Assembly (NCBI GenBank): GCA_000934665.2 | Contig: JYFJ02002481.1 | Span: 1 to 56,926 of the forward strand | Direction of reading: 5' to 3' | Source of the DNA: Catajapyx aquilonaris | Lineage: Eukaryota | DNA: 56,926 nucleotides | Shown: positions 1-12,656 of the stretch, one piece after another | How the letters are laid out: every line of letters begins with the position of its first letter | How positions within the stretch are numbered: the stretch's first letter is position 1 | Program-made: the position numbers and the translations under genes | The notes under the pieces: model-generated | Seen by the model: the letters and a program-made list of their open reading frames with translations, nothing else | What the model was told of the DNA's origin: nothing | The model's database searches: none

Positions 1-87
1 AACTGGCGGTGGAACAATGTGGAACTCTCTTGGAACAATTAGACCACGTCACTGGACAGGTAATTCCGACGACTGGCGGTGCCAACT

Positions 88-186
88 TCACGGACGTGGC
101 TTATTGGCCCTTCTGCCGTTTCTCCTATTCAGATATGTTTTCATTCCTCTTGTGTAGTTATCAAAATGTCTTTCAAGAAACTCTTG
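88..186 (-). CDS. Putative terminal coding exon of an unrecognised gene (QEFLERHFDNYTRGMKTYLNRRNGRRANKPRP*)
   Basis: TTTCAG acceptor at 187-188, phase 0, open to TGA at 88-90. Phase matches the GTGAG donor of the 276-409 exon. Confidence 0.55.
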   Translation of the reverse strand, partial: QEFLERHFDNYTRGMKTYLNRRNGRRANKPRP

Positions 187-275
187 CTGAAATTTATTTG
201 GACGGGGGGGGGGGGGGGGGGGGGGNTCACAATTTACACACAGACAATACTAATATTGCTGTTTTTAATGCTCAC

Positions 276-409
276 CTCAGTATTTGAAACATTTAATACA
301 CATGTGTAATGGGAGGTTCCAGATTGAATATCATCAGGTTTTGAGGGTTCCTTTCCTTTCTTTGGCAAGAATTGAAGTACACGTAGTGCATTGTAAGAAC
401 GGTACAGTG
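276..409 (-). CDS. Putative internal exon of the same gene (ALYRSYNALRVLQFLPKKGKEPSKPDDIQSGTSHYTCVLNVSNTE)
   Basis: GAG|GTGAG donor at 275. Pyrimidine-rich AAG acceptor at 410-411 gives phase 1, matching the 807-920 exon. Frame is open. Confidence 0.5.
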
Positions 410-504
410 CTTCGGGGAGCGAAGATGTCAACAATACAGTACTATTGTATAACAAACATCTATAAACCCTTCCACAATGCACCACGAAAAAAGTATGCGC
501 CAAT

Positions 505-617
505 ACACCACGGAGACAGTGTCCCTCCATGGAGTACTTTTTCAATGGAGGGCCCAAATGTCCGTGACTGTAGTGCGTGATGTGGAAGAAATGGGAACAG
601 AAAAGTCCGCTTCGTGG
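505..617. repeat. About 110 bp dispersed repeat, second copy at 1661-1770
   Basis: Near-identical ACACCACGGAGACAGTGTCCCTCC...CGCTTCGTGG in both places, with short inverted ends CCACGGAG/CTTCGTGG. Confidence 0.8.
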
Positions 618-806
618 CTCAGAAGTGCTCCAGGGATGTGTTTAGCCTATATGTGTAGATTGCTTTGTTATTTTCAATTTTTTCATATGTAATTTTGAAA
701 CAGGAATTAATGTGAAAATCCGTGAAACGAAGAGGCGTAAAACCTGTATAGAAAAGTACGTGTATGGAATATAATCACTCATCCAAAATGGAGTTGACAC
801 TCTTAC

Positions 807-920
807 CTGTATAGGCTAAGTGATGAATGAATCTCGGTCCAAGAAGAAAACTAACAACTTCTAAATCTGCCTCGTATCCACCATTTTTTGTAAGTGTGCT
901 CCTCCTGAAGATAAAGGTTC
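807..920 (-). CDS. Putative internal exon of the same gene (TFIFRRSTLTKNGGYEADLEVVSFLLGPRFIHHLAYT)
   Basis: TTTCAG acceptor and CAG|GTAAGA donor, 114 bp, phase 1-1. Only this frame is open. Confidence 0.55.
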
Positions 921-1852
921 CTGAAAGTTTACCAAAAATCTAGTGTGAATTGCTAAGTTTTTGGGATACAGGGGGAGGAGAACATTTTTTTTTGTTTCCA
1001 ATTGTATTGATCGTCACTACAGGTTCATTACCTTGACAGTATTCTTATCGATTTTCTTTGAAAGGTTCATCACACAACACTCCTTTCATTACAATCCAAT
1101 TTGTTTGAAATTTTGTTTAAATACCCATGATTATTTTATGCATCCATCTAAAAGCTACAAAAGTTGAAAGTGCCATAAACCCGTGGTGAAAACACAGACT
1201 ACGAGTAATTCGAGTTTACAAAAAAGATGGCCGTCGCAGCCAACCACCAATCCACAGTGAAGGATTGTCTCCGCCAATTACGTGGAAGCGATAATTTTGA
1301 TTAGATTCTGGTCCACAACTCTCGTCCAGAAGTGACTGAAAAATAATGAAACTTAACATGACGGGGGCACCACTTTTTCCATATATTTTTAAAACAGTTG
1401 AACTGCACTGTCACCACACGAAAGGGAACGCCTCATTTGGCAACTTTGTCCAGAGATGGCATTTGTGACGTCAGACTTGCGTGTGGGTGTTGCTGTGCAC
1501 TGGGTCACCGTCCACGCTGATTTGGTGTGCAGGAGTATAGTACTGAAAAAAATAAGAATCATTGATTTCTTGACCATAGTGTAGAGATCAACCAAAGCGG
1601 GTAGGCCTACTGAATTTACAGTGAAGGGCAGTGACAAAGGGACGAGTGTAACTCAATATGACACCACGGAGACAGTGTCCCTCCATGGAGTACTTTTTCA
1701 ATGGAGGGCCCAAATGTCCGTGACTGTGCGTGATGTGGAAGAAATGGGAACAGAAAAATCCGCTTCGTGGTTTTAGATCAAACTAAGCAATAAATACGTA
1801 CTACAGTATAATTTAGAGAAATATTGTGCATTCCATGCCTGCATAATATTAA

Positions 1853-2113
1853 CCCTGGAACCGTGCCGTGGGGTCTTTTCGGACCACAAAGGAATTAAAA
1901 TGCATTAAAATTACAATTACAATGAACTGTTTGCCATTTTTATTTTGAATTAGCGATCATTTTAGGCATTGTTCAAAGAATGATTGTTGTTGTATATAGT
2001 CAATACATTGAAAGGTATTATATAACATTAATAAAAATTAAAATATGGCGTGGGGTCCTAAAAGACCCCACGGCACGGTTCCCGTGACTTTCAGGCACGG
2101 CACGGTGCCACGG
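1853..2113. mobile_element. piggyBac-like MITE
   Basis: TTAA on both sides; imperfect TIR CCCTGGAACCGTGCCGTG / CACGGCACGGTGCCACGG, with an internal repeat of the end motif. Confidence 0.7.
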
Positions 2114-2169
2114 TTAAATTAACTGATTTTTGTGACTCTTCTGTATGAATGCAGAGTGCATTTAACACT

Positions 2170-2976
<807 letters not shown>

Positions 2977-3324
2977 CCAGCTGACAGGCCTTTAAGAGTC
3001 TAAGGGGATGTTCCTTTCAATGCTCGACTTTATTCCAGTGTTTTGCTGTTTATGGGTTTAGAGCAGTGATTCCCAAACTGTGAGTCGCGAACATAATACG
3101 CGTAAGGTATTTGGGGTCACGAGGGAGGGTAGCAAATTATTTTTTTACTCTCTGGAAAAATATGCCCGAAAACGAGAAGTTAATTTAGCTATTATTGTCA
3201 TTCACTATCACTGAAGGACGGCAGGGTTGAATATTGGAAGAGGGGGTCGCGAATTTTACGAGACGATTTTCCGGGGTTTCCAACGAAAAAATATTGGGAA
3301 GCTCTCGTTTAGCAAGTGGGAGGA

Positions 3325-3485
3325 AGTGAGAGAATCTAATAAAATTTCCGTGATCATGGAGAGAACCTATCTAAACTCTTTCCACATGAGAAAAGTGTCC
3401 CCTGTTCAATTCAGGTATCGACCATGGGACCTCAGAGGTGGAAGGGAGTGACGATAACTGTGAACGATGCCCTACACCACGCCCA
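3325..3485 (-). mobile_element. Degenerate SINE, family D (V-domain-like)
   Basis: Reverse complement resembles the 46002 copy (GGGACCTCAGAGGTGGAAGG, GGAGAGAACC). Confidence 0.55.
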
Positions 3486-4017
3486 TTTGCCACTCCCGTA
3501 AGTGGGTTGATGTAAAGAAGAAAACATACTATAGGGTTATTACAATCATTAAATTAGAGATATAAAAAGGCTTGGGAATAAGGCAAAGGCTGCGTGGCTA
3601 GGAAATATTAAGATTCCTTGATGAGCAATATCTACGCGAATCCGGATATTTCGATCCGAACGGAACCTATACTGAAAGGGAAGGCGCGTACCGGTATCTC
3701 ATATACACCCTTCACCCTCCCTCTCCCCCATACACTTTTCACCAATGAACCTTATTGCAATCAAAATAATATTTTGTGTTATTTGATCTAAAAGATGTTT
3801 GGTAAAAGAAGAATAAGAAAAAAGTCAGTAATCATGGCAGCTGTGGATCCACATGATTTACATGGCTTAAGGGCGGCAAAACGGGCGTCCATTGTAAGTT
3901 GGAATCACTTTGCACGACGTCCGGGCAAAGTCCCAGAGAAAAGCAGCATTTCACTGCAAGTTGCGGTCGTTCTCCTAGCAGTGCAACTTGTCACTTTGTG
4001 CGGCGATATGTACTGTA

Positions 4018-4574
4018 CGAGAGGTGTGTGATAAGTAGTGTGCCTACCTGTGAAGGAGTTGTCCCAGGCAAATGGGACTTAAGCACTTCTCTACGTAGTC
4101 CTCCTGGAGTGTGATTGCACTTCTCCCAGCAGTGGTTCAGCTTTTTGTCCCTTGGCGAAAAAATGATTTGTCTTGGGCACAACACTATTTACAGACAGCA
4201 TCCATCACGGCAGCGTCACTGTTGAAACCCTGTTCTTTCAGTAGTGGTGGGAACAGGTGATAGTCTGATTGTGCCAAATTGTTGGGTGACACCATCTGAC
4301 TATCACCTGTTCCCAACACTCAAAGGACACCTGGAAGAACAGCGTTTCAACAGTGACAACGGCGACGACGACGACGACTACAAGGATGCTGTCCGTAGAA
4401 TAATGGTGTGATGACCAAGACAAATCATTTTTTCGCGAAGGAACAAAAAGCTGGACCACTGCTGGGAGAAGTGCAATCACACTCCAGGAGGACTACGTAA
4501 AGAAGTACGAAAGTGCCATTCATCTGGGACAACTCCTTCATAGGTAGGCTCACTATTTTATCAAACACCCCTCG
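4018..4574. mobile_element. Mariner-derived foldback element made of two 3' ends
   Basis: TA flanks and TIR CGAG(A/G)GGTGT(G/T)TGATAA. Both arms encode decayed mariner C-terminus (YHLFPTLKGHL..QRF; KKL.HCWEKC). Confidence 0.8.
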
Positions 4575-5309
4575 TATAGGGTAGGCGCAAAGGGCATAAT
4601 TATACCACTTGCGCGAGGCGCCCGTTCACCGCCTTAAAATAATAGCCCAGGAGCATGAGCCCAGGAGGAAACATTTGTGGGAACTCAGTCCGGGAGAGAT
4701 GATTTTTGGCAGAGAAGCCACTACAGTATGTTGTGGAAAAATCCCAAAGAGTTCGCTTGGAGCTTGGAGCTTTCAGACCAAAAATTAATACGAAGTACGA
4801 AAAATCCTATTTCTGTTCTGGAAAGCTAAAAACGGCATATTTGATTCGGATTTTGAGTGACACGGTAAGGAAAGGAACAGAGACTTCCTCTCATACTAGT
4901 CATACATTGGTTACAAAAGTCGTCCATTTAAAAACGGCACATTAATACTAAAAAATTTGCGGACCAAAAGCACGTCCACAATGCAAGGATTTTCAGATGC
5001 GGGTCACTACTTTTATGATATATTTTCCACAAAGCATCACTATAAATATTTTCCAGATAATTCCGTCCGTTTTTAAGGCGTATCCTGGCTTTGAAAAAGA
5101 GTCACTTCTTGCAGAAATATTTAGCAAATACTATGTATTGCTTGAATAAGATACTATAAGGCAGAGAGAAATGATTTTTACAAATGACATTCAACTGTTA
5201 CTTTCACAGACAACAATATGCTTCGAGTAACTCTGATAACATCTTCAGCAGTAAGTACAGTACATGCGAACCTAACATAACCTTAAAAACTTACAATATG
5301 AAATACCTT

Positions 5310-5371
<62 letters not shown>
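5310..5371. repeat. (CTA)n microsatellite
   Basis: Direct reading. Confidence 0.95.
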
Positions 5372-5372
<1 letters not shown>

Positions 5373-5950
5373 AGTAAAACTTCTATAAATCGAACTTCCC
5401 TAAGTCGAATAAAATGATGAGCTTTGTTGGTCACAATGTAAAATAATAGGAAATAAACTTCCCTAACTCGAATTTCTATAACTCGAAGTTCTCCATAACT
5501 CGAAGTGCAGGCAGGGCCTTACGATGGGATATCAATGCATTTTCAGTCTCCCTAAGTCCAAGTTCATGTTGGCGAGTACGGAAAATTTTCTCATTTCCCA
5601 GCCGAAGGGTCGAGAGTAGGCCACATGTACAGAAAGGCTCAATTTCCTCATCTCCGTCTACCAGACTTACCGAAAGAAGTGTTTGACTCGATTGTGACAA
5701 TTGAATCCTTGAATCTAAGAGTAGGCAAATGTCCATAACGGAGATATTTTTGCAACAAGACAACGAGGAATATTGTAAGTGTGATAATGATAATTACTTT
5801 TCAGTTTATAACACCTTTCGTCGCTGGATATAAAGGTAGGCTTCCTTATAGAGTTATGTGCCTAAAAATTGCAAACTTCTCTAACTCGAATCTTCTATAA
5901 CTCGAAGTTTTTTACGGTCCCATGGAGATTCGACTTATAGAAGTTTTACT

Positions 5951-5951
<1 letters not shown>
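5372..5951. mobile_element. pogo/Tigger-like MITE; second copy inverted at 56210-56804
   Basis: TIR CAGTAAAACTTCTATAA(A/G)TCGAA, TA flanks, and repeated subterminal CTATAACTCGAA motifs. Confidence 0.85.
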
Positions 5952-6023
<72 letters not shown>

Positions 6024-6027
6024 CAAC
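5952..6027. repeat. (TAA)n/(CAA)n microsatellite
   Basis: Direct reading. Confidence 0.95.
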
Positions 6028-6084
6028 AGGAACAACATAGTGTCTGGGGTATTTCTCCGCAACTTGAAAAGCTCCAGGTCGACT

Positions 6085-6411
6085 TTTTTTTCTGTACCCC
6101 GTTATCTGGCCGATAGGTCATTTCTAGGGGGGTGGGTTACCACCATTTGTGGTTTGGAGCGATACATATACGTATTTCTAATTGCTCCAAGGGTAATTAG
6201 GAGGGGATGTGCGAAGTGCAAGTGCAATGTCGTTATATTGTTATTTTGTGAACTCCCCCGGGTGGGTTAGTCTAGCGGATATTCCCACCCGAAACGAAGC
6301 CAGAGATGGCCCAACTCTGCACGAAAGAAGGTGGGAACCCCGGGTGGGGATTGAACCCGGGACCTTAACTTCCGTGAGCGCACGCGTTACCGCGGCGCCA
6401 CTCCGTCTCCT
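6085..6411 (-). mobile_element. tRNA-derived SINE, family B
   Basis: B box GGTTCAATCCC, body motif GACATTGCACTTGCAC, and TSD CTCCAGGTCGACT at 6072 and 6412. Confidence 0.85.
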
Positions 6412-7217
6412 CTCCAGGTCGACTCTTTGGACCATGTTTAGAAAAAAAGGAGTAGCAAGGTCTAACTTTAAGTCCTACGGACTATAGCTCGACTACCCGA
6501 GTCTCAAAAAGAGACAATTTTGAATCGCGGAATAGGTTTAACTATAATAATTATTTAGATCCCGCCGAAAGAAATTCCCGCGTGCCTTTTTCTGAGGATA
6601 ATCCGAGGAAAGAAGTTTGCTTTCTGCCTAAGATTGGAGGTCCACTGCAGCACAAGTTCCGTGACCTACCGATTTATTGACAGTAGCTTGATTCTGAAAT
6701 GCAATATTCTTACGGCTTCTAGGCTATTCTGCCCAAATCTGAAATGGATAAATAACAGTAATTTTTGGATACTATGTGTACTTCAATCTGCCTGAATGGT
6801 TTCAGAATTTTAGTGCAAGAGATTTATTTTAAGTGACGAAGATTAAACATCATTATCATCAAATGAAATTGTGATTTTTGACAGGTCTGAATCGGTATTA
6901 AGATAGAAATTGGAGCTACATATATACTATTTGTTATTCTGAAAATATGCATCAACAGATTAGCCACTGAGACAAGGAAAAAGAGGGGGAGTAGTGTGCA
7001 GTGTGAATCTGCCAACAGGGCGGGTGATTAAAAGTTTTACATGATAAGCCAAAGAACATGTCCGCTTTGTCTGGGGGTCGCATTTCACACCTCTTCTCCC
7101 ACCCATTTGAATGAAAGTGTGAGGTGATTGCGTATTTAGGAAAAAGAGGTTCTGAGTACAGCCAGAACATTCTTTCGACCCGAAATTTCCATGAAAACAT
7201 TTTTTGTGCTTAATTTA

Positions 7218-7452
7218 CAGGGTGTTCCAAATTTGCGGGTCGTTTTTTATATAAAATTCTGACATCGCCCGATAGTAGTTATTTTTTTGTAACTTGTTGT
7301 GCCCCGATCCAGGTTCCCAATTACATCCAGGGTGTCAAATATAGCAGTTGTTATAGACTGTGGCACGTGGTTAAGGGTACAACAAGCTACAAAAATAACA
7401 ACTATCGGGTGATATCAGTTATAAAAACGACACACGAATTTGGAATACCATG
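7218..7452. mobile_element. Tc1/mariner-type MITE
   Basis: TA flanks and imperfect long TIR CAGGGTGTTCCAAATT... Confidence 0.7.
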
Positions 7453-7765
7453 TATTTGCCATGATTTCTAAGGTGTTCACAAAAATACACAGGAATGAAA
7501 TGTTCACATACCAGGGAAGGCAGTAGGATAAATTTGAAACAAGGCCATACCAATTCTTTTCTGATGTGAATCATATAGAATAATGTTGAAAGGAAGGATT
7601 TTAATTTTACATAAGTTAAAATCCCTCCTTACAATATTATGCTATAGTAGCTATACGATTCACATCAGAAAACTTCTGGACTAGTGTGGACTAACAGGAG
7701 TTGGACCACGGAGGGGGGATAGGTTAATATTGACTATGGCGCTTTTATACTCATGACGTCACTCA

Positions 7766-9473
7766 CAAGGGGTGGACTCTGTCAGATTTGCATGAAACTT
7801 GCACAGTAGGTGTATCCACAGGCCTACAATTTCACGGGTATGGGCCATTTTCTGCTACGGCCAGCCGTTTTAGATCTATGAGGAACAATATATCCACATG
7901 GGTGCGTTCAGGAGAGTAAGGTAAGGGGACGGGAAGCACTGGGAAAGCGGGCTGTTCAGTTTCCCGGGGCACCCGGCTTGTAAACAATAAGGTACCCAAC
8001 AGCGCAATGCTCCAGGGAGGGTTCGAATCATCTTTAGGACCAATTTTTTTATGTTTGCTTTTTTTCGTCCCACATTACCTTTACCCAGTATACCCATAAT
8101 GCCAATGCTCTACATGCCTACAGGATGACTGGGATTATCGAGGTGTAAATATACATCCTTGGGCGACTGTATACAATCATCCAGAACCTCAAGCACCAAG
8201 TCGAACCTCTTTTTTCCGATCAGTTGTTCTAATGCAGAGGTTCCCAAACTTTTTGAGTCGCGGAGCACTTTTCAGGAGAGATATTCGTGACGGAGCACTA
8301 ACATCACCGAGCCGCGTAAGCAGAAGAAAAAAAAATCTGTGGTGGGGGGGGGGGGCGCGACAAATTAGTAAATGGGAAGGTGAGGTGCGAAAGGGCGCCG
8401 CAGGCGAAAAATTTTTGTGATCAAAGTCACACAAGCTACTGAGAGATTTGAATGAGTATTGCTTATTGAAAAATTCCTTTTTTCCCAACCTCTTCGCGGA
8501 GCACAGTTGTGACCTCATTTTCCTCGAAATCTTTCGGGCAATACATTTTGTATTGCTCCGCCAGAAGCCAGAACTTAAGCAATATTTTTGTAACTGACAC
8601 ATTGGAAAGGTCCGGGGCTCTCCATTGTGAAACACAAATCAACCATTGAAGGAAAACAAGTCAAAAATAATATTAACCCTTAACTACTGTACTTAGGTGG
8701 GGCCTGAGTGGCCCCAACCACTATTTAATTAAACGTATGTAAATTTCTAATTAATTTTTCCCCTGTCCTTCCGTAAATTTGTGACAAACGCATGATGTGA
8801 CTATGCATGAAAAGAAGGGGAAAATTTTTTAAAGTCAATATGCTTTGGCTGAAAAAAAATTCGTAAGGAGGAATAGGTCCCACCTGGAGCCGCTCAGTGC
8901 TGCGGCGAGTCGCTGACAAGAGTCAGCCCACCCGTAACTGTTAATAAGTCATAAACAATGCCCGTTTTCCTGTAGGTAAATGCTGACTCAGCGTGTGATT
9001 TTTACGTTTTCGGAAGCTTAATGATATGAACTGAACTTTCTGCAAGTGAAAAGTCCACTATAACAATTTAGCTGATAAGCATATGTTTAAATATACCGTT
9101 GGGGCGTCGCAGGTTTCACCTAAGTAGTTAAAGGTGTTTCGGCCACCTAAGTAGTTAAGGGTTAAAGCAGGCCTCACTTGCAAAGCAGCTTGCCAAGGGA
9201 ACAACAACTGAATATGATTCTAATGTGATTAGAACCCTCCCTGGAGAATAAATTGCTATGTTGGTTACCTTGTTGTTTACTAGCCTGGTGCCCCTGGAAA
9301 CTGAACAGCCCGCTTTCCTAGCGCTTCCCGTCCCCTTACCTTACTCTCCTGAACGCACTGGCCGTAGCAGAAAATGGCCCATACCAGTGAAATTGTAGGC
9401 CTGTGATACACCTACTGCGCAAGTTTCATGCAAATCTGACAGAGCCTACTTCATACCCCCCCCCCCCCCCTTG
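7766..9473. mobile_element. Long-TIR non-autonomous DNA transposon (CAAGGG termini, TCA TSD) with nested insertions
   Basis: Inverted arms of about 200 bp (CTCTGTCAGATTTGCATGAAACTTGC...). Flanks are AC-TCA and TCA-GT. Confidence 0.75.
8677..9161. mobile_element. piggyBac-like MITE (CCCTTAACTAC family)
   Basis: TTAA TSD and TIR CCCTTAACTAC. Body is shared with 28163-28678. Confidence 0.85.
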
Positions 9474-10409
9474 TCAGTATGCCGAAGAGCGCATAATATT
9501 ATGTAGATAGCAGGTGTCACCAATATTTTAGTACATGCGATATTTGATCACCAAATGCGTTAAATAGTTCAATTATTTTCCAGTAACGATGTTTTATTAA
9601 TTAATAGCCCGAATACCCTACATTTCATATAACCTGTAAAGTTTTTACAGTATATTTCATTTGCGTTATACTCGCATTGTTCACAAGATTATACTGGGGA
9701 ATAACGTAGAAAGTGTTTATGAATAGAAATGCGTTGTTACTGATACAGTATACACTCTGTTCGCCCTATAGTGTGGGACTAACTTAGTCGGCCCTGATCC
9801 CTGGACTAGCGACATACTTCTGAATGCGACCCCGATGTGTGACTTTTTCATAGTGGTATCATACACGATTCCTGCCCAAAAGCAGCTCTCCCGATGATTT
9901 AGTTCCCCGAGAAACCTTCTTGCTCTTGGGCTAGAAGTTATTACATCCAGTTTCACACCTCTGCTCTGCTTTGCCAACAATTTCCAGTCCTTGAAGGGAA
10001 GGTGTTTAGCAGCAGGAGCCTAGACTTGGCGGATCCACTCGTGTTTTGAGGGCAGGATAGAAAATTATAATTATGAGGTTGGGATTGTAGGTGGCTATAC
10101 GGGCATGGGGAGGAATGAATAATTTGATCAAATATGGCAACAGTGTACGCTAGGTTTCTTTGGAATAAAGGATCCTCACAGCATGAACTTAGAGTCATTG
10201 GTAAGAACAAAAGACCGTGACGCGTCGATAACGACGGTAGAGCATTAGCCATTAAGTTATTTTTGCAGTTACCCTATTGATGGTGTGTGATGAGGTGGCT
10301 GAAATATTACTGACGACCTCCACACAACTTGTACCCAATAACTATGCTCCGATTTTGAAAAAGTTCAAAATAATGATGTCTGTTACCATCGTGATTGTAA
10401 CTTAATTAC

Positions 10410-10442
10410 AAGCAATGGCAACAATGGTGATATCATTAGGAC
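10410..10442 (-). CDS. Candidate 33 bp micro-exon (SPNDITIVAIA)
   Basis: CTAAT branch-like motif with TTTTTAAAG acceptor and GTAATT donor; phase 1-1, compatible with 10676-10747. Confidence 0.25.
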
Positions 10443-10675
10443 CTTTAAAAATAAGATTAGCAATAATTCATATTCAGAAAAAGAGGCAACTAATTTATAC
10501 ATCATTAACGTATTATAAAAATATTGAGACTGGTCACTTTTTTCATCGTGACTTTGATCGATGCCTTCAGAAAGCATCAAGCAACCGAAAAAATTGTTTA
10601 GAAAGTGAATAAAAAGTGTGCTTCCAGATCTAGAGCATGCAAGATGTTATAGTACATCTAGAAATGCATACTCAC

Positions 10676-10747
10676 TAACTGAAACATTGTGCAGAATGGA
10701 CTGGTTGAGGCCCGGGATGAACGTGATTAAGTAGGTCCTGCATACAA
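10676..10747 (-). CDS. Candidate 72 bp exon (VCRTYLITFIPGLNQSILHNVSV), possibly of the - strand gene
   Basis: Very strong acceptor TTTCGTTTCTTTTCTCTTCAG and GTGAGT donor. Coding status is inferred. Confidence 0.4.
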
Positions 10748-11090
10748 CTGAAGAGAAAAGAAACGAAACTAAACAAACGAAACAGATGTGGCGGGAAAAA
10801 GAGAGATCGTCTTGTTGATCGCTTAAATAAAATTAGAGCTAATTCATAGCGTGAATAAATGAAGTGTAAAATATGGAGCCTCGGTTATTTAATAGAAAAA
10901 TTATTGGATTTAAGGATATTTTTAGAATATATCAATTATTCCCAATTTTTAAAATTTTAATACGAACTCAATTATTACCTGAGAGAGGGGTTAGTACGCA
11001 TTATTACTCATATTCTCTCACCATGTAAGTGCTGATTGGAATTGAAGCTAATTTCTGTCTTGTACGAAAATATCTATACGAGGGGTATTC

Positions 11091-11512
11091 AACTAGTTTA
11101 TGACAAGGTCCAGTATTTACCTTTCCTGGGCTATTGAAGGTCCGGACCCCCCCCCCCGGGTAAAGATATGGATTTTATATGGTACAACAGGGTTCATTTT
11201 TGAAAATAGAAACATGTGCAGCAAGGGTAGAAGGGCTTATTAAGACATTTTCGCCCTTGAAGTCCTGTACAGGAGCGTAGGCAGAAATTTTTTCGGAGGG
11301 GCGCCGAACAATCCGTAACTTAGGACAGAGAGCCAGCCCCCCGCAGGCGAAATTTTTTGTAGGGGTTCAAGTGATTTGAAGCCCATTTTCCATAAAATCA
11401 TGAATTAGTAATTTCTAATGCTATTTCAAACTGTCATGTATATCGTCGCGGTCCGGACAAAATTGCGTCGCGGTCCGGATGCGGACCGCGGTCCGCCAGT
11501 TGAATAGCCCTG
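11091..11512. mobile_element. hAT-like MITE
   Basis: Ends AGGGGTATTCAACT / AGTTGAATAGCCCTG with repeated GCGGTCCG subterminal motifs. Confidence 0.55.
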
Positions 11513-11539
11513 ATCTGTACTATTAAAATCCTTACCAAG

Positions 11540-11780
11540 GTCACGCTATTGGCCCGCCCATATTGTTACCACGACGATTCCTATTGGCCCGCGTTCTACG
11601 CATGCGCAATGGGTCGAGGATCCGTTCAGTCGCACGTCAGACGCCGGCGCGGCGGGTGAAGGTCGCTGTTCATTTCTCCCGTCACCTCGACCCTCCCACT
11701 TCTCCTCCCACACCTGTCCCCCATTCTCCGCGACTGGGCGCCGAATCCGTCACTGGTTAATGAAAAATGGCGGTATGAGC
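11540..11780. promoter_or_regulatory. Promoter-like CpG-rich island
   Basis: Two CTATTGGCCCGC (inverted CCAAT plus GC box) motifs, NRF1-like GCATGCGC, and YY1-like AAAATGGCGG followed by a GTATGA donor-like site. Confidence 0.55.
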
Positions 11781-12027
11781 GGGTGTAGAAATGCACCGCC
11801 TTTCGAATGACACTATAATTATTTGATCGAACTGCTTTAGAACTGCGAGCGTACCCATGATTCAAACGCGTAGGTTTTCAGCCCGCCCTTTTCCCGTTAG
11901 ATATTTGCCGGTAGTCACTTTTTGACACTACACCGAAAGAAATTGTGTGTAGGCTGCTGCCTCGAAGACAATACCGTACTTCCCATCTGTGAAAGCACAA
12001 CACGGCCTATTTAGAATTATTTCCTGG

Positions 12028-12155
12028 ATTGTATTGTGGGTTTCCAGTTGTGCCAACTGGCAGGTTATTATTGACAGTCAGTATTATTTTATATAAAGGT
12101 TTAGTTGGGACCGTTAGCACTTGGAGTTGGCACAACTGGCAACCAACAATACAAT
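12028..12155. mobile_element. Small MITE/hairpin
   Basis: ATTGTATTGT..CCAGTTGTGCCAACT / AGTTGGCACAACTGG..ACAATACAAT. Confidence 0.6.
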
Positions 12156-12656
12156 ACAATTACCTGTGTCCAGAGATTAGGGTCACCCTGTATTATTGGT
12201 GGGTATGTATTGAATGTATTGTTGCACAAACATTCGGTAGGCTCGGTTCGCCATATTGAATCACAGAGATCATCGGCACCGCATTTTCAAACTGCGCACC
12301 CTTACGGAGGGAGGGGCGGGAAGGGGGGATGGTTGTTGGATGTTAGCATCATTAACAACAAGTTCTACGCCGCGCCGCAGGCCTTAAAAAACGAGGGTTT
12401 TCCTAGTATCTAGTGTAATGTATAATTTGAAGGACATTTTTACGAGCATTTTTTATACATACATACATATACATGCATATGAGGCATTCCACGTCAAGCG
12501 GGCCACCTTCCGACAAATATATGAGGACCTTGACCAAAATTTAGTGACATGTACTGCTCATCGACCTGTGCAGAAACCCAAATTATTATACCTCTGCGTT
12601 GCGTGGTTGCATAACTACAGGGTTGCTACCTTCGTTGTGACTTTTATATATATATA

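Noticed and set aside
1389..1637. - strand ORF with a signal-peptide-like stretch
   Set aside because: No compatible donor linking it to the 807-920 exon; the hydrophobic part derives from a T-rich tract.
3835..3893. MAAVDPHDLHGLRAAKRASI|GTAAGT, plus 5210-5250, as + strand exons
   Set aside because: Only splice-like signals; no recognisable protein and no consistent phase chain.
10134..10200. MATVYARFLWNKGSSQHELRVIG|GTAAGA as the TMEM229 first exon
   Set aside because: The phase fits, but it lacks the HG...E..FTA motif and lies upstream of the promoter-like island. Unsupported.
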